NCBI GenBank assembly: GCA_950097015.1
Contig: CATNEN010000002.1
Coordinates: 1,736,001 to 1,800,000, forward strand
Direction: 5' to 3'
From: Macrostomum hystrix
Lineage: Eukaryota > Animalia > Platyhelminthes
DNA: 64,000 nucleotides
The position numbers were made by a program, and so were the translations under genes. Shown here piece by piece: positions 47,322-59,210 of this stretch. The notes beneath the pieces were generated by a model. It was not told where the DNA came from and ran no database searches. It was given only the letters and a program-made list of their open reading frames with translations. The stretch's first letter is position 1. Each line of letters starts with the position of its first letter.

Positions 47322-50300
47322 ATGGAGTCCATCTCAGAATCACTGGTTTCTGCTGCTGAGCTTGGAAATTTCAGCTGCCTCACCGGTCTTCTGGATAGTG
47401 GAGTGCACCCAGACAGTCAGAACTCGGATCAGTTTTCAGCCCTGCACTTCGCTTGTCGGCATGGCAACCCAGTTGCAGCTCAACAGCTTATTGAAGCATC
47501 GGCAGACGTTGACCTTCCGGCGTGGGACGGCTCAACCCCATTGCACTCTGCGGTGCTTGGAGGCAGCGCGCCAGTAACCGAGCTGCTGCTGACGTCTCAG
47601 GCCTGCTTGGAGTCCCAGACGGTGGGTGGAGCGCGACCGATTCACTTCGCAGTGACTCTCGGATCTGAAAAGATCATCCAGCTGCTGTTGATGGCGATGG
47701 ATGCCGCTGGTGCTGACGTCGACTGTCAAAAGCCGTCGGCGTCTTCAAAAACTGCTGCCTCGCTGTCTCCGCTATTCCTGGCTGCCGTATTTGGACGCTC
47801 GCAAGCGGCAGCCCATCTGATCAGAGCTGGAGCTGATGTCGAATTTCGCACCTCTGTGGATGCTGCCGCATCCATCGCCGCGATGTTTCCACACGAGTCG
47901 CTGCATCTGAGCGCAGCCGAAGCTTTCGTTCTTAGTCGACCAGGTGTATCCGTGATGGCAGCGGCTGCAGTGAGGGGCCACGCTGACATTGTGAAGCAGC
48001 TGACGATGCACAGTGAGAGTCTTCGTCAGCTAGCAGATGCGGTATCTGATGTGCGACTTGTGCATTTGGAGGCGCTGCAATCTACCAAAACTACTGATTC
48101 TAACAGCAACTGTTCGACGAAAGCATTGGAAAAAGTACTGCCACACAGCATGGCAGAGTTTGGCAGCGACGTCCTTGAGACAGTTCAGAGGCTGATTGGC
48201 ACGCAGGAAGTGTCTTTTGACATTCAAGATGAGCGCGGTCGGACAGCGTTACACAAAGCAGCCAGGGAAAATCACAAAAGTGCAGTCGCGCTGCTGATCA
48301 AGGCTTGCTCCAATGTGGATGCTTTGGACGAAAATGGCTGGTCGCCACTTCACTCGGCAGCCATGCTAGGACACCACGAAGTTGCTGATCTACTGGCCAA
48401 GGCGGGAGCCTTCCTGGACTTTCAGGACATTCAGAAGCGAACTCCGCTGCACTTCGCGGCAGAAAACGGCCACACGGAAACCGCTGCCAAGCTGCTCAGC
48501 CGCGGCTGCGATCCAAATCGAAGGGACAGCAAAGGTCAAACCCCACTTCATGTAGCCATTTCCAACAAACACCAAGCGACAGTGAGATTGTTGATTGAGG
48601 CCGGTGCCGATTTGACTGCTTCAAACTTGGAAGGTCGATCGGCTCTGCATGTCGGCGCCATGTGTGACAGCCTCGAGTCCATGGAGATGCTGCTCAAAGT
48701 GGCAGCTGATTTGGATTCACAGGACGTCAAAGGCAACACGGCAATGCATTTGGCTGGATTGTCGCATCATAGCCACGCCTTTGAACTGCTGCGTGCCGCA
48801 GGTGCCGATGATTCAATACAAAATGCCAACAACATTTCACCCTCTGAATTAGTGGGCTTTTTCTCAGCATATTTCTCAACTCCACAGCATCAAGAGCCTC
48901 AGCAGCAGCCGCTGTTGCAATCCAAGCAGCAGGAGGCCGAGTTCAGCGTTAGTCTGTCGCAGGCGATGTTGAAAGCGGGCTTCAGATCCGAGAATGCGTC
49001 AGTGCAGAGCGGCGCCGCGTCAGTCATGGAAGAAATTCTCAGAAGCAGATTTGGAATTCAGGACGTCTTTGTTTTTGGCAGCTTCTCGGACGGATGGGGC
49101 AGTAGCTTGTCTGGAATTAATGGAAGCATCGATCCCGACTCGGACATCGACATCACTTTTATCCTGCCACGGCGGCCCCTGTGCCAAATCGGTCAGGCAA
49201 ATCTGTGCAGGCATGATGGCACACATCATGAAGTTGCTTACTATGATGGTCACCTGTTGCATGAAATCGACTGTAAGTTCCACTTGTCACATGGATACCT
49301 CTGATTCCCGTTCTCTAAAAAACTAATCCAATTCATTGCAGATAAAAATCCAAACTTAGAATACCAAGACCCTCTACGCTTGGTGCCATCAGTCGACGTA
49401 ATTAAAGCGCTACCCTGCTGCGGATATCCGAGCGTCGACCTCCTGCACCCAGGGTACAGAGCTCGCAACGGCTGCAGATCTAACATATACAATGACATCA
49501 TTCAAGCTCTGAGCTCTGAGATTCAATCGCCACGCTGTCACGCAGTTGCTGCGTCATTTCCGGGACATGCGGGCAGCTGCTTGCGGGTGAGCACAACTCA
49601 TCTAGAGAGAACTGTGTTGCGCAATCTCACAACAATTCAGGGCCAGTTCTTTATTCTAATGAAATTCCTCATCAAGAGAGTGATCAGCAATCGAGTGACG
49701 GGTCTGAAGACTTACATTGGCAAGAACTTGTTGTTTTTTATGCTGGACCAGACTCCTGCAGGTGACTGGAAGCCGGAGAACCTGATCTCACTGCTACGTG
49801 AGTCTCTGCAGCTCCTGGTAACAATGATGGCGAGTTCAGGCAGGGATGACGCTTGCATGAATCACTTCTTCCTCCGTGATGCCATTGTTTACTTGAAAAA
49901 AGACCACCATCCAAAGCCAGATATCATCACGGTGGTAGCGGAAGTTTCCAGTAACCTGGTGCAGTCATTTGAACAATTTAAAGTGGCACTGAATGGCGAC
50001 TAGTACTCATCGTCCAAGCTAATCCAGTTTCACCCGTTTATCATCATGAATGTCATTGCCTCAAAGCATGAGCAGTCAGTATACGGGGTGTCGAGATTGC
50101 CTGCTGCCTCAAATGGATCAATAGAGTATCACCAGATCTACGACCTCGTGCACTCTGCTATTAAAATGCTGCTTGCGGCACCAAGGACAGCCAGATTCGA
50201 GGACTTGATCCAGCAAGTGAACAGAATTCCGAATTGTGCAAGAACTGCCTGGCACTGCCTGAGAGTAATGTCGCACTTGACATTCGATAAGCCTTTTTCT

Positions 50301-51134
50301 GACACAACTGAGCTGCTTACCAGCGCTGTTAGCTATGGGATACCCTGTCCAGACTCTCAACTGTCAATTGAAGAAGCCAAGAAGCTCGTCTGGAGCCACA
50401 TTTGGAGTGAAGACTCAGCATGGAGATTTGCGTTTGAGAACGATTCTCGACTGAATTTTGAGCATCTGTTCTCGCACTCTCAGTTCGCTCGGTTTTCTCA
50501 GTCCTGGTTCAGCGCTTGTCAGAATAACTCGTGCCTAAACTTTGACGGCCTGAGAAGGGCGTTGCAGAGTAGGCTTGCTGGCAGTCCGGTCGATTTGTCC
50601 CACAGCTTTAGCGACTTTCTGACGCAAATACCCACTGTGACACCAGCGCTTATGTCGGGGAATATTGCCAGAATGGTGTCCAGTTCAGACTGGGAAACGC
50701 TTCGAAGTCAGAGCAGACAGAATCCGAACGTGATGTCCGCATTTGTCCAGTCCGCTTTCCAACATGTTGTTCAAAAATGGGTGAGTATTCTGCTATCTTT
50801 AAATGCGATATTAATTTGCGTGACAGCTAATTTCCTTCAACTCTGATTCATTTGATTTATTGCTTCATCCAGAAAAGAATTGCTCAAACTGAGTACGGAG
50901 AAATGCTCGGCTCGACTGACTCCGGCCTCGTCAAATACACAGAGTCAGGCGAGTTTGAGGCCGAACTTCGACAACAGGCGGTTGGATAAACTTTTCACGT
51001 GAATTAATGATTTAAATTGCATTATCGCGAGTTTAAATTAGCAAATTTAATTATTTCAGACCCGGGCAATGGAAGTACTTTCTAACGACCGGGTTGGTAA
51101 CAGTTTCAGCCAGCTGGCAGTTTCGTCAGATTAA
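47322..51134 (+). CDS. Ankyrin-repeat Mab-21/cGAS-like (cGLR) nucleotidyltransferase with in-frame TAG at 50001-50003
   Basis: Exons 47322-49272, 49342-50780, 50873-50980 and 51060-51134, with GT-AG junctions in phase. About 12 ankyrin repeats in two blocks. NTase motif FGS...SDID, third acidic residue in SVDVIKAL, and Mab-21 C-terminal LERTVL...LMKFL...LKTYIGKNLLF...W...HFF. Confidence 0.85.
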
Positions 51135-51196
51135 TTTTTTGTTTGCAACAGTTGAATAACGCTTCAGATATTGTCCTGGATTTAATTTTAGCGGCT

Positions 51197-52692
51197 ATCA
51201 GAAAGGACGAACGCTCTTATGTCAGTAGCGGCAACGGCACTGGGGTCAAATGACTTAGCTATCAGTGGCGATTCGGAGTACATTCAACGAATTACTTCTC
51301 AGGTAATAGTGAGCAGTGTTCTCTGATGATTTCGCTCCTAATTTGCTCTTTTTCCATTTTACTGCTAGCTGGTAAAAATTATTTTCAGTTAGCGCAAGCA
51401 TCTACAATTGCAAGTCAACCCCAGGCGAGTATACCCATCGATTGATAGGGCCAATCGGGTTTTTACGGTAGCCGCGAAAAAATCTACGGTTTACAAACTA
51501 TTTTCGGGAAATTTTTAATCTTTATTGTCTTTGCTGAGTGTTTTGCTTATTTTAGGTATTTATTTTTGGTTGATTGTGCTATTCCTTTAAGTCATTTTTT
51601 GTTTTACCATTCGTTAATATTTTAATCGGTGTTTATGAAGCGAACTAAGTCGCGAAAAAGAAAAGTAGCTAATTTTTCAGTACAATCTTAAGCATGCTAA
51701 GAATAAATTTATTTTGACAACAACTGCTATTGGCGTGACTCTATGGGAACTCGCTCATTCAATCACATGCTACTCATATAGTGGAATCTTTTAAGACGTA
51801 AACGTCGTCTGTGCGTGATTCAATTTTGTAGCTTCGACTTGAATGGAAGTAATGACAACAGAGCAACACAGGCGGCACTGAACCATAGCAGTAATACGCT
51901 TTTTAGTAGTTCTTGGCCAAAAATTTGATTTACGATTTACCTGTTTTGGTATCATAATGTAGCAAGGACTATACTAAAAATAGACATAGCTATATTATGA
52001 ATAAAATAGAGGTCCTTGTATTGTGGCCGGTGACTCAAAAGACTTGGAAGCGCTCTATAGGTCCCAGCTGAGCTACGTACTGAGCATGATGCCATCCAGA
52101 TACGAGACTCTAGGCCAGGGTACGTGCGACGGACGAGCGGTGCGGCGACTGTGTGCCTTGGAATCTGTAACGACGAGGGCGCCGCCGAAGATGCTGTGCT
52201 CGAAACGCCGAGTCTAGCTAGACCTGTTCCGGAACGCTGAAGCCGATCGGTGATTGGTTGGGAGGGAAGTGGGGTGGGTACTGGGAACGGAAATTATTTA
52301 TTACTTGGAGTGAGGGTGGTTGTGCGATTTACGAGCATTAGATTCTCGTACATAGCAAATGATATGTGATCGAGAAAACAAAGTATTGGGAGGGAGATGA
52401 GTGGGTGTGCGATCTAAAAAGAAAAAAAGTACGACTATGTGCATGCGCCATTAAAAAGTTGTGTGGGAGCGCTTGAGAGGTGGGGAAGTCATAAATCTTA
52501 AAAAAGGAGGGAGGTGGGCGCATTCTGACAGCAAGGAGAAGAAAAAATTGAGGATTTACGTTTGGAAAAGATGATCACGCAGGGTGAGTAATCTGGGAAG
52601 GGAATAGAAGGGACGTTGGAAGGGCATCAGAAAGGACGAACGCTCTTATGTCAGTAGCGGCAACGGCACTGGGGTCAAATGACTTAGCTATC
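51197..52692. repeat. Perfect 67-bp direct repeats at 51197-51263 and 52626-52692
   Basis: atcagaaaggacgaacgctcttatgtcagtagcggcaacggcactggggtcaaatgacttagctatc is identical at both sites. Confidence 0.95.
52020..52220 (+). mobile_element. Decayed LINE 3' fragment related to 32200-32650
   Basis: DLEALYRSQLSYVLSM matches ALDALYRSLLRYALGV at both DNA and protein level. Confidence 0.55.
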
Positions 52693-55600
52693 CACCTCGC
52701 CTTGCGTCTTGCGTTTTCGCAAGAATTCACTACTTCATGCCTTTCGAATCTAAAGTCTGGCTTTGAGGTTAAAAATTAGCTTCAATTATACAATTGTTAC
52801 ATATTTATTGTTTCTAATCATTTTTTACGTACAGAAACATAACTAATTAGATTCCCAGTTAAAAATGTTGTTTTATCTCTTGTGAATACGTGCAAATAAA
52901 GTACTGTACTGTAACACTTTTGCGTTACTGAACTGGTTTTCAAATCTTGTAGACTCGTAATCAAAATGTAAACTTTAACTTAGCTCTCACTTCGACGCCA
53001 GCCGCACGGGACGGTACCCGCCAATCACCATCGAGTGTATTTAACTATAAGCTGAGCCAATCAGCGTACAAACTAAGGGTTCGCGATGACATGCAGTATT
53101 TAAGTACAAACATTAAAACAAATACGAACACGGTAAATTACAGTAGATAAAGGAAGTACAATACGAATACAATATAATACTAGTACTAAATTACATCGCG
53201 AATGTTTGTGTAAATATGGAAATGCGCACATTCAAATGGGGCAAGAAGATCGCACTACAATGCTCCCCTCCGCCAAAAGTCAATGTCCCCATTGAGAATA
53301 CAACATGCATACGATAATACGGTAACGATAAGCAGAGATAACCGAGTTGGGAATTCGATAGAATATTCGTAGCGATTAAAACAAAATGGTGAAATCATTT
53401 GAATATTTTCGACTGGGGAACACATAAAAACATTTGTGTAGCCATGCATTAAAACAATCACAAAAAAAGAAACCAAAACCCAATTCCATGTACACTGGCC
53501 TGCGAAATGCAGCTAAACACGATGCACTACTGATAAGTGGGTAGGGCAGAGGTAGGTGCACAAAGTATCTACAAACTGTGCTGATCCGTGCAATAGCTAG
53601 CCAGTTACATACGAGCTATTGTACAACAGCTCGTACAACAGCTACTCCAAAGCAAAGGCACGACAGCAAACGGGGCCAAAAAACGCAGCCCGGTCACAAC
53701 AGGAGCACGAAGCCTGAAACTGGTCAAGGCTCGTCGTCCTGTACCTCGCGGAGTTGCAAAAAAAACAAACGGGGAATAGTACATGCAGCGAAAACCCCAG
53801 GCATGCGCTGCGACAGAAGGCCAAAGAACACCGGCCTGTCCTGGAATGCCGCAGCCAAAACCAACGCAAAGTCAAGCGCTATAAAAAACGCACTACTTTA
53901 AGTAACGAATGTAGAGAACACAGTAGTCCAAAGGCGCCAAGTGCATTTACCGAAGGCAGAGAACAGCAATGTGTGAATTTAAATGTGTGAATGAAATTAT
54001 TTTTATGGGTCTTCCAGAAAAAAAATGTTACTAAATTTACTGTTTTAATTCATTTCTACATAAAAACTAAGAAAAGATGACAGAAAAATCGTTTTTTAGA
54101 GCTGAATATGTGGAAATTATTTATTTTAATTCTCATGACGATATTGCACACTGTCGCAGAGAAATGATACTCTTCCAGGAGTCACTTTGTAGTGCCAAAG
54201 AGTAAGACATTTCTACGCTCGTATATTCTTTAGAAATACCATTCCTCAGTACGAATACAATATTGTATGAAGCTAAATTGGAAAAAAGCATATAAAAATT
54301 TGCATTTTAGCTCGTTTTGTACTATAAATAACTACAAAATAAGTTACTTCTCCAAGGCTTAAAGTTATTGATAGATCAAAGTCTGCAAACGGTGTGAAAA
54401 ATATGATCCAACATTACAAGTTATTAATTAGTTATGTGCCCGGTAACAGAAGAAAATTATAAGGCAAATGAACTTTTCATTGTTTTAAACCTAGAAAGCA
54501 ACTTAATACGCACTAAACTATTTAGTACCTGTAGGTTTCTTACAGAATCTATTAAGTAACTCAACGGTAACAATTTTAATTTTAATTAATCTTCAATGAA
54601 TTATCGCGCAATCAATAGCTGCTAAGCAACAATAAATTTATATATGGTGTATTTTGTCTTATTTGATTTTCTTGTATTGATATTCAGGCCTTTAATGCTC
54701 TTTTGTTTATTATTTAGAAAATTTAGTGACGTTTTTTTGTTTTGATGCATTAACCGAAATTTTGAGAACTACCCCTGTACGGTTGGTATAATATTATAAC
54801 ATTGTTTTTTTTCTGAGAAACACGAATCTTTGTCTGAATTTCAGCTGGATTTATGCTTAATATTAAAAAACTAACCGATTGGCATATGAATTATCAATAG
54901 TGTTTTAACCTTTTCCATTAAAAGTAGATTTGCTACATGTCTTTTTCTAGGATAAAATATACCAGTAATAATAGCCAATCTACCAATAATAGCAGCAATA
55001 ATGATAAGTAAATACAAGGCAGTATATATTTATATTAATTCGTTTATAGAGCCAAGGATTTATTATAGGCCTACATATCAGTAATAACAGGGAACATTAT
55101 TTTCTCGTTTTTCTTTTCTTTTCAAAATAATATACTTATATTTAATGCCTTTGTCTAAAAAATTCACTTGGTGTGACACTCCCACCAAATGAGTAGTTTT
55201 GGGCACTTTGCAAAAAAGTTTTTTTGCTAAAATTTTCGATAACCTTTCCATATATTTTATTGGCATCTGTAACTAACAAACTTCCTGTAACTTCATGTGA
55301 ACTGCATGTGATATTAAAATCTTTTGATTTGAGTCCCAAACAACAATAAATTAAGAGTTTCCATTGTAGGGCCTAGGCAGTTCAACTGCCTTTCTGGGTT
55401 CTGTGAAATTTTTAGTCCCCTTAATGTGCAATTATCATAGCCACACACAGATCCCCATAAACGGGTATGCAGCCATGAAGTCTTTAGGGCTTGAATTAGT
55501 ATGGAATTCACATTCAAGATGTATTTACTTGTGGTGTAGTGCTCTTTCTAATTTTAGGCCCCTATATATTTGTGCACTCTCCTGATAATTCAAATCCTCC

Positions 55601-56390
55601 TCTTAATAATTTATAATGTAGATGTCTAATGTAACTTCTTTACTTATTACTTCTGGTCACCCACTGTGACATATACATTCATTATTCCACACCTTTGTCC
55701 TTTGGGTGGGCTGATAGGCCTACAAACTAAAACTACTGATATAGTTTGGGTAGGGTGGCTTTAACACAAAAGCTATGGCCTTCTGCCAGTAGGGCCTAGT
55801 ATTCTAGATCTTAGATTTAGGCAGTTTTGGAGATGCTGCTCTCAGATAATTCAGACACTATAAGTCAGATGATCTAGGCTCTTTGGCCAGTCTATACTTG
55901 GGCTTTCCCTGGATCGGATTGTAAGTAAGTAAGTAAGGCTTTAAGAGTGCTCACGAGGAGATTTGAACTGTTTCTATAATAGGCTTTGAAATGGTTTGGT
56001 CTTCCCTAGTGAAATTTGTCTATTTTTATACTAAACTTCTTCCTACTATTCAGGGTGTAACTCAGTATATTTAAATAGAAATAAACGTAAATATAAACAA
56101 AATGTATATGATTAGTGTATGCCATTAACCATTTCTGTATCTATATCTTTAATCTCCATATCTTTTATTTCCTGTATCCAAATTCATAGCTATGGCAGAA
56201 CTTTATTTTAATTTAAAAAACTTAGATTTCAAGGAATAACAAATAAAAAAGTAACATAGGCCTATTAACAATTAACATAGAAATTAACATTAACTATAGA
56301 CTCCTTTATTTTGAGAACTAATCAATTCAAAATGATTGTGTATAATTGCATTAAACAAATTCTAGTGCTCACCTTAGTCCAGCCTGTTTG

Positions 56391-59210
56391 ATGCTCAGTC
56401 ACTGCTATTCAGCCAATGCATTTCTGTATGCCACCTTGGTCTGTCTATTCTTACTGGCTGCCATAGTCCACCCGGCCTCAGCTGCCACCGCCGAAGACAC
56501 TCTTAACAGCCGCTGCCGCGCCTGCGACAGTCTGGCAAAATCGTTTCAACGCGGCCTCGAACGCACAGCCAGAGACAATTTCGGCGGTGGTAACACCAAC
56601 TGGGAAGAGACCAGACTGGGGACCTACGCTCTGAGTGAGACCAGACTGGTGGACATCACCGAGAGACTGTGCAAAGACAAAGATGAACTGGGCAGCGGAG
56701 TGTCCACAGCCGAGTGTCACGCTATGCTGGAACAGGTTGAAGAGGATATTGAACGATTCTGGTTCGGGCCTTTCAAAGTGAGTCGGCTATTAACTCAACT
56801 ACAATAAAGAAAGTACTCAAGGGCGAGAGTGTAAATAAGACATATTAGTTAGGGAAAATGTGTTTGTTTCAGACAAAAAATATTTTATTTATTTATAAAA
56901 ATATTTATTCATGATTACAAAACGGGACTGATGAAAAATTAAGATGGGATTAGGTGAATATGGGATGTTATTGGGGGAAGGTAAGATATGATTAGCGGAG
57001 GAAGGTAATGGATTAAGAGGAGAAAGGTTTGGGATTAGCGGTGGAAGGTAGGGATTAGGGGAGGAAGGTTAGGGATTAGGGGAGGAAGGTTTGGGATTAG
57101 CGGAGGAACGTTTGGGATTAGCGGAGGAAGGTTTGGGATTAGGGGAGGAAGGTTTGGGATTAGCGGAGGAAGGTTTGGGATTAGCTGAGGAAGGTATGGG
57201 ATTTGGGGAGGAAGGTTTGTGATTAGGGGAGGAAGGTTTGGGATTAGGGGAGGAAGGTTTGGGATTAGCGGAGGAAGGTTTGGGATTAGCTGAGGAAGGT
57301 ATGGGATTTGGGGAGGAAGAAATAAGATTAAAGGTGGAGGGGATATGATTCATGGAAAATTATATGGGATTACGGTAAAATAATACGATATAGGATTAGG
57401 TGATTATTTAATTTTAGGGAAAGATGAGATAGTTCATGGGGGCATGTTGTGGAATGGTATTTTAAATCGAATCTAGTCTCATAAAGATCACAAATAAAAA
57501 CTTAGACTAACCCTTCGGCTGCGAGTCTGCGTGATTTCGTCTGCGTCAATGGCACCGGCGTCTGCTGCGGCCACGGCCGCTGGGGTCGTGACTGCGCCCA
57601 ATGCACCGACTGCTCCGGTGGCCGAGGCGACTGCAACGGCAACGGAACTCGAACTGGTGAGGTTGTGGGATCTAGAGTGACAGGTTGTGGGATCTAGAGT
57701 GACAGGTTGTGGGATCTAGAGTGACAGGTTGTGGGATCTAGAGTGACAGGTTGTGGGATCTAGAGTGACAGGTTGTGGGATCTAGAGTGACAGGTTGTGG
57801 GATCTAGAGTGACAGGTTGTGGGATCTAGAGTGACAGGTTGTGGGATCTAGAGTGACAGGTTGTGGGATCTAGAGTGACAGGTTGTGGGATCTAGAGTGA
57901 CAGGTTGTGGGATCTAGTCCTATTCCCACAGATCTAGATCTATTCCCACACCGGTGCCGATGCCGGTGTGGGAATTAGAGTGACAGGTTGTGGGAATTAG
58001 AGTGACAGGTTGTGGGATCTAGAGTGTGGTGTATTTCAATGTGCATTTTAGTCACATGGGTGACAGGGTCCTGTTGCATTAAGCCTGGGATCTATTAGAC
58101 AATTGTCATATTTACCTTGGCGCAGGTACCGGCGCTTGCGACTGCCATCCGGGCTACGCTGGCCAACAGTGCTCAGACTGTGCTCAAAGATACTATCGCC
58201 TTAAAACGCTGGATAATTCTAAAGTCGATGAATCAGCAGCAGCTGCTGGGGCGTGTCTGCCCTGCAGTCCCGGCTGTCGCAGCAGCTGCACCGGCCCGCT
58301 GGCAACTCAATGCGACTCGTGCGCAGACGGCTTTGAGCAGGACGGCACCAGTGGCGCCTGCTCAGACATTGACGAGTGCAAATCAGGCCGTGATCCGTGC
58401 GTCGGCGGTTCAAGATTCTGCGAGAACCTGCCTGGCAGCTATCGGTGCCGGGACTGCGACATCGCCTGCGCCACCTGCTCCGGCTCAGGACCGGCTGGCT
58501 GTCTGACCTGCGCCAAGGGATTCGAACCCGCGACCACAGGCAGCGGGTGTCAAGACGTGAACGAATGCAGCCCGGATAGTCCTCATTGCACTGGACCGCA
58601 CGAGAGATGCGTCAATTTGCCAGGTGAGTTGCTGCGCCTGATGCCCTTGCCATTCCAGTAAAAACTATGATATACCAGTTGACTGTGCGAGTTCATGAAA
58701 TTCAAATAAGCAGCTAGAATGCTCTTTGACTTCTATTTTTTATAATTTTTTGTCTGTAACTCCTGTTTTTACCCGTCCGTATTGTCAGCTTCTACCTGTC
58801 TGTATTGTCTGTTTCTATTGTCTGTTTGTACCATGATTTCTCACTGCCATGCAACCCACCTCAAACTCCATCCAGGCAGTTACCGTTGCGACTGTCAGCC
58901 TGGCTACCAGCGCTCGGGCTCCCAGTGCCTGCCTAAACCAAGCCCGACCAAGAAACCCCCAGTTGGAGCTAAACAGGCTGGTGGCAAAGCTGGCAATAAG
59001 AAGGCCAAGCCGCCCAAGCTAATCTGGACTGTCGCCTACACAATTGAGTTCGCCAAATTCTTTGCCGCCATAGTCGGATTAGCAATCTTCGCTGTGGCTG
59101 TCAAAGGCCGTCCATTGTTAGTGACGGTGGCTGCTGCTCTTGCCGGCTGGTACCTGTGCCGTCAGAGCTCAGTGCTAGATAGAGTCTACCTGCACGGCGG
59201 CTGGCGCTGA
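56391..59210 (+). CDS. CRELD1: Cysteine-rich with EGF-like domains protein, membrane-anchored CRELD1 type, about 456 aa
   Basis: Exons 56391-56777, 57506-57656, 58126-58623 and 58876-59210. Signal peptide, CRAC (CxxC), NFGGGNTNWEETRLGTYALSETRL (WE domain), EGF/furin-like repeats (DIDEC, DVNEC) and two C-terminal hydrophobic helices. Confidence 0.92.
57000..57320. repeat. 21-bp G-rich minisatellite (gggattagcggaggaaggttt) in CRELD intron 1
   Basis: Tandem units seen directly. Confidence 0.9.
57660..58030. repeat. 22-bp minisatellite (ggttgtgggatctagagtgaca) in CRELD intron 2, with an internal inversion
   Basis: Perfect tandem units, then reverse-oriented ctattcccaca segments at ~57920-57955. 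Confidence 0.95.

Noticed and set aside
53000-53100. CCAAT boxes as an ER-stress element (ERSE) for CRELD
   Set aside because: Neither CCAAT is followed by N9-CCACG, and the site is more than 3 kb from the ATG with no TSS evidence.
53578-53990. Basic, GC-richer ORF fragments (Helitron-like?)
   Set aside because: No diagnostic motif; frames are broken; cannot be assigned.
57660-57915. CRISPR-like regular array
   Set aside because: Units are directly adjacent with no unique spacers; eukaryotic intron; no cas genes.
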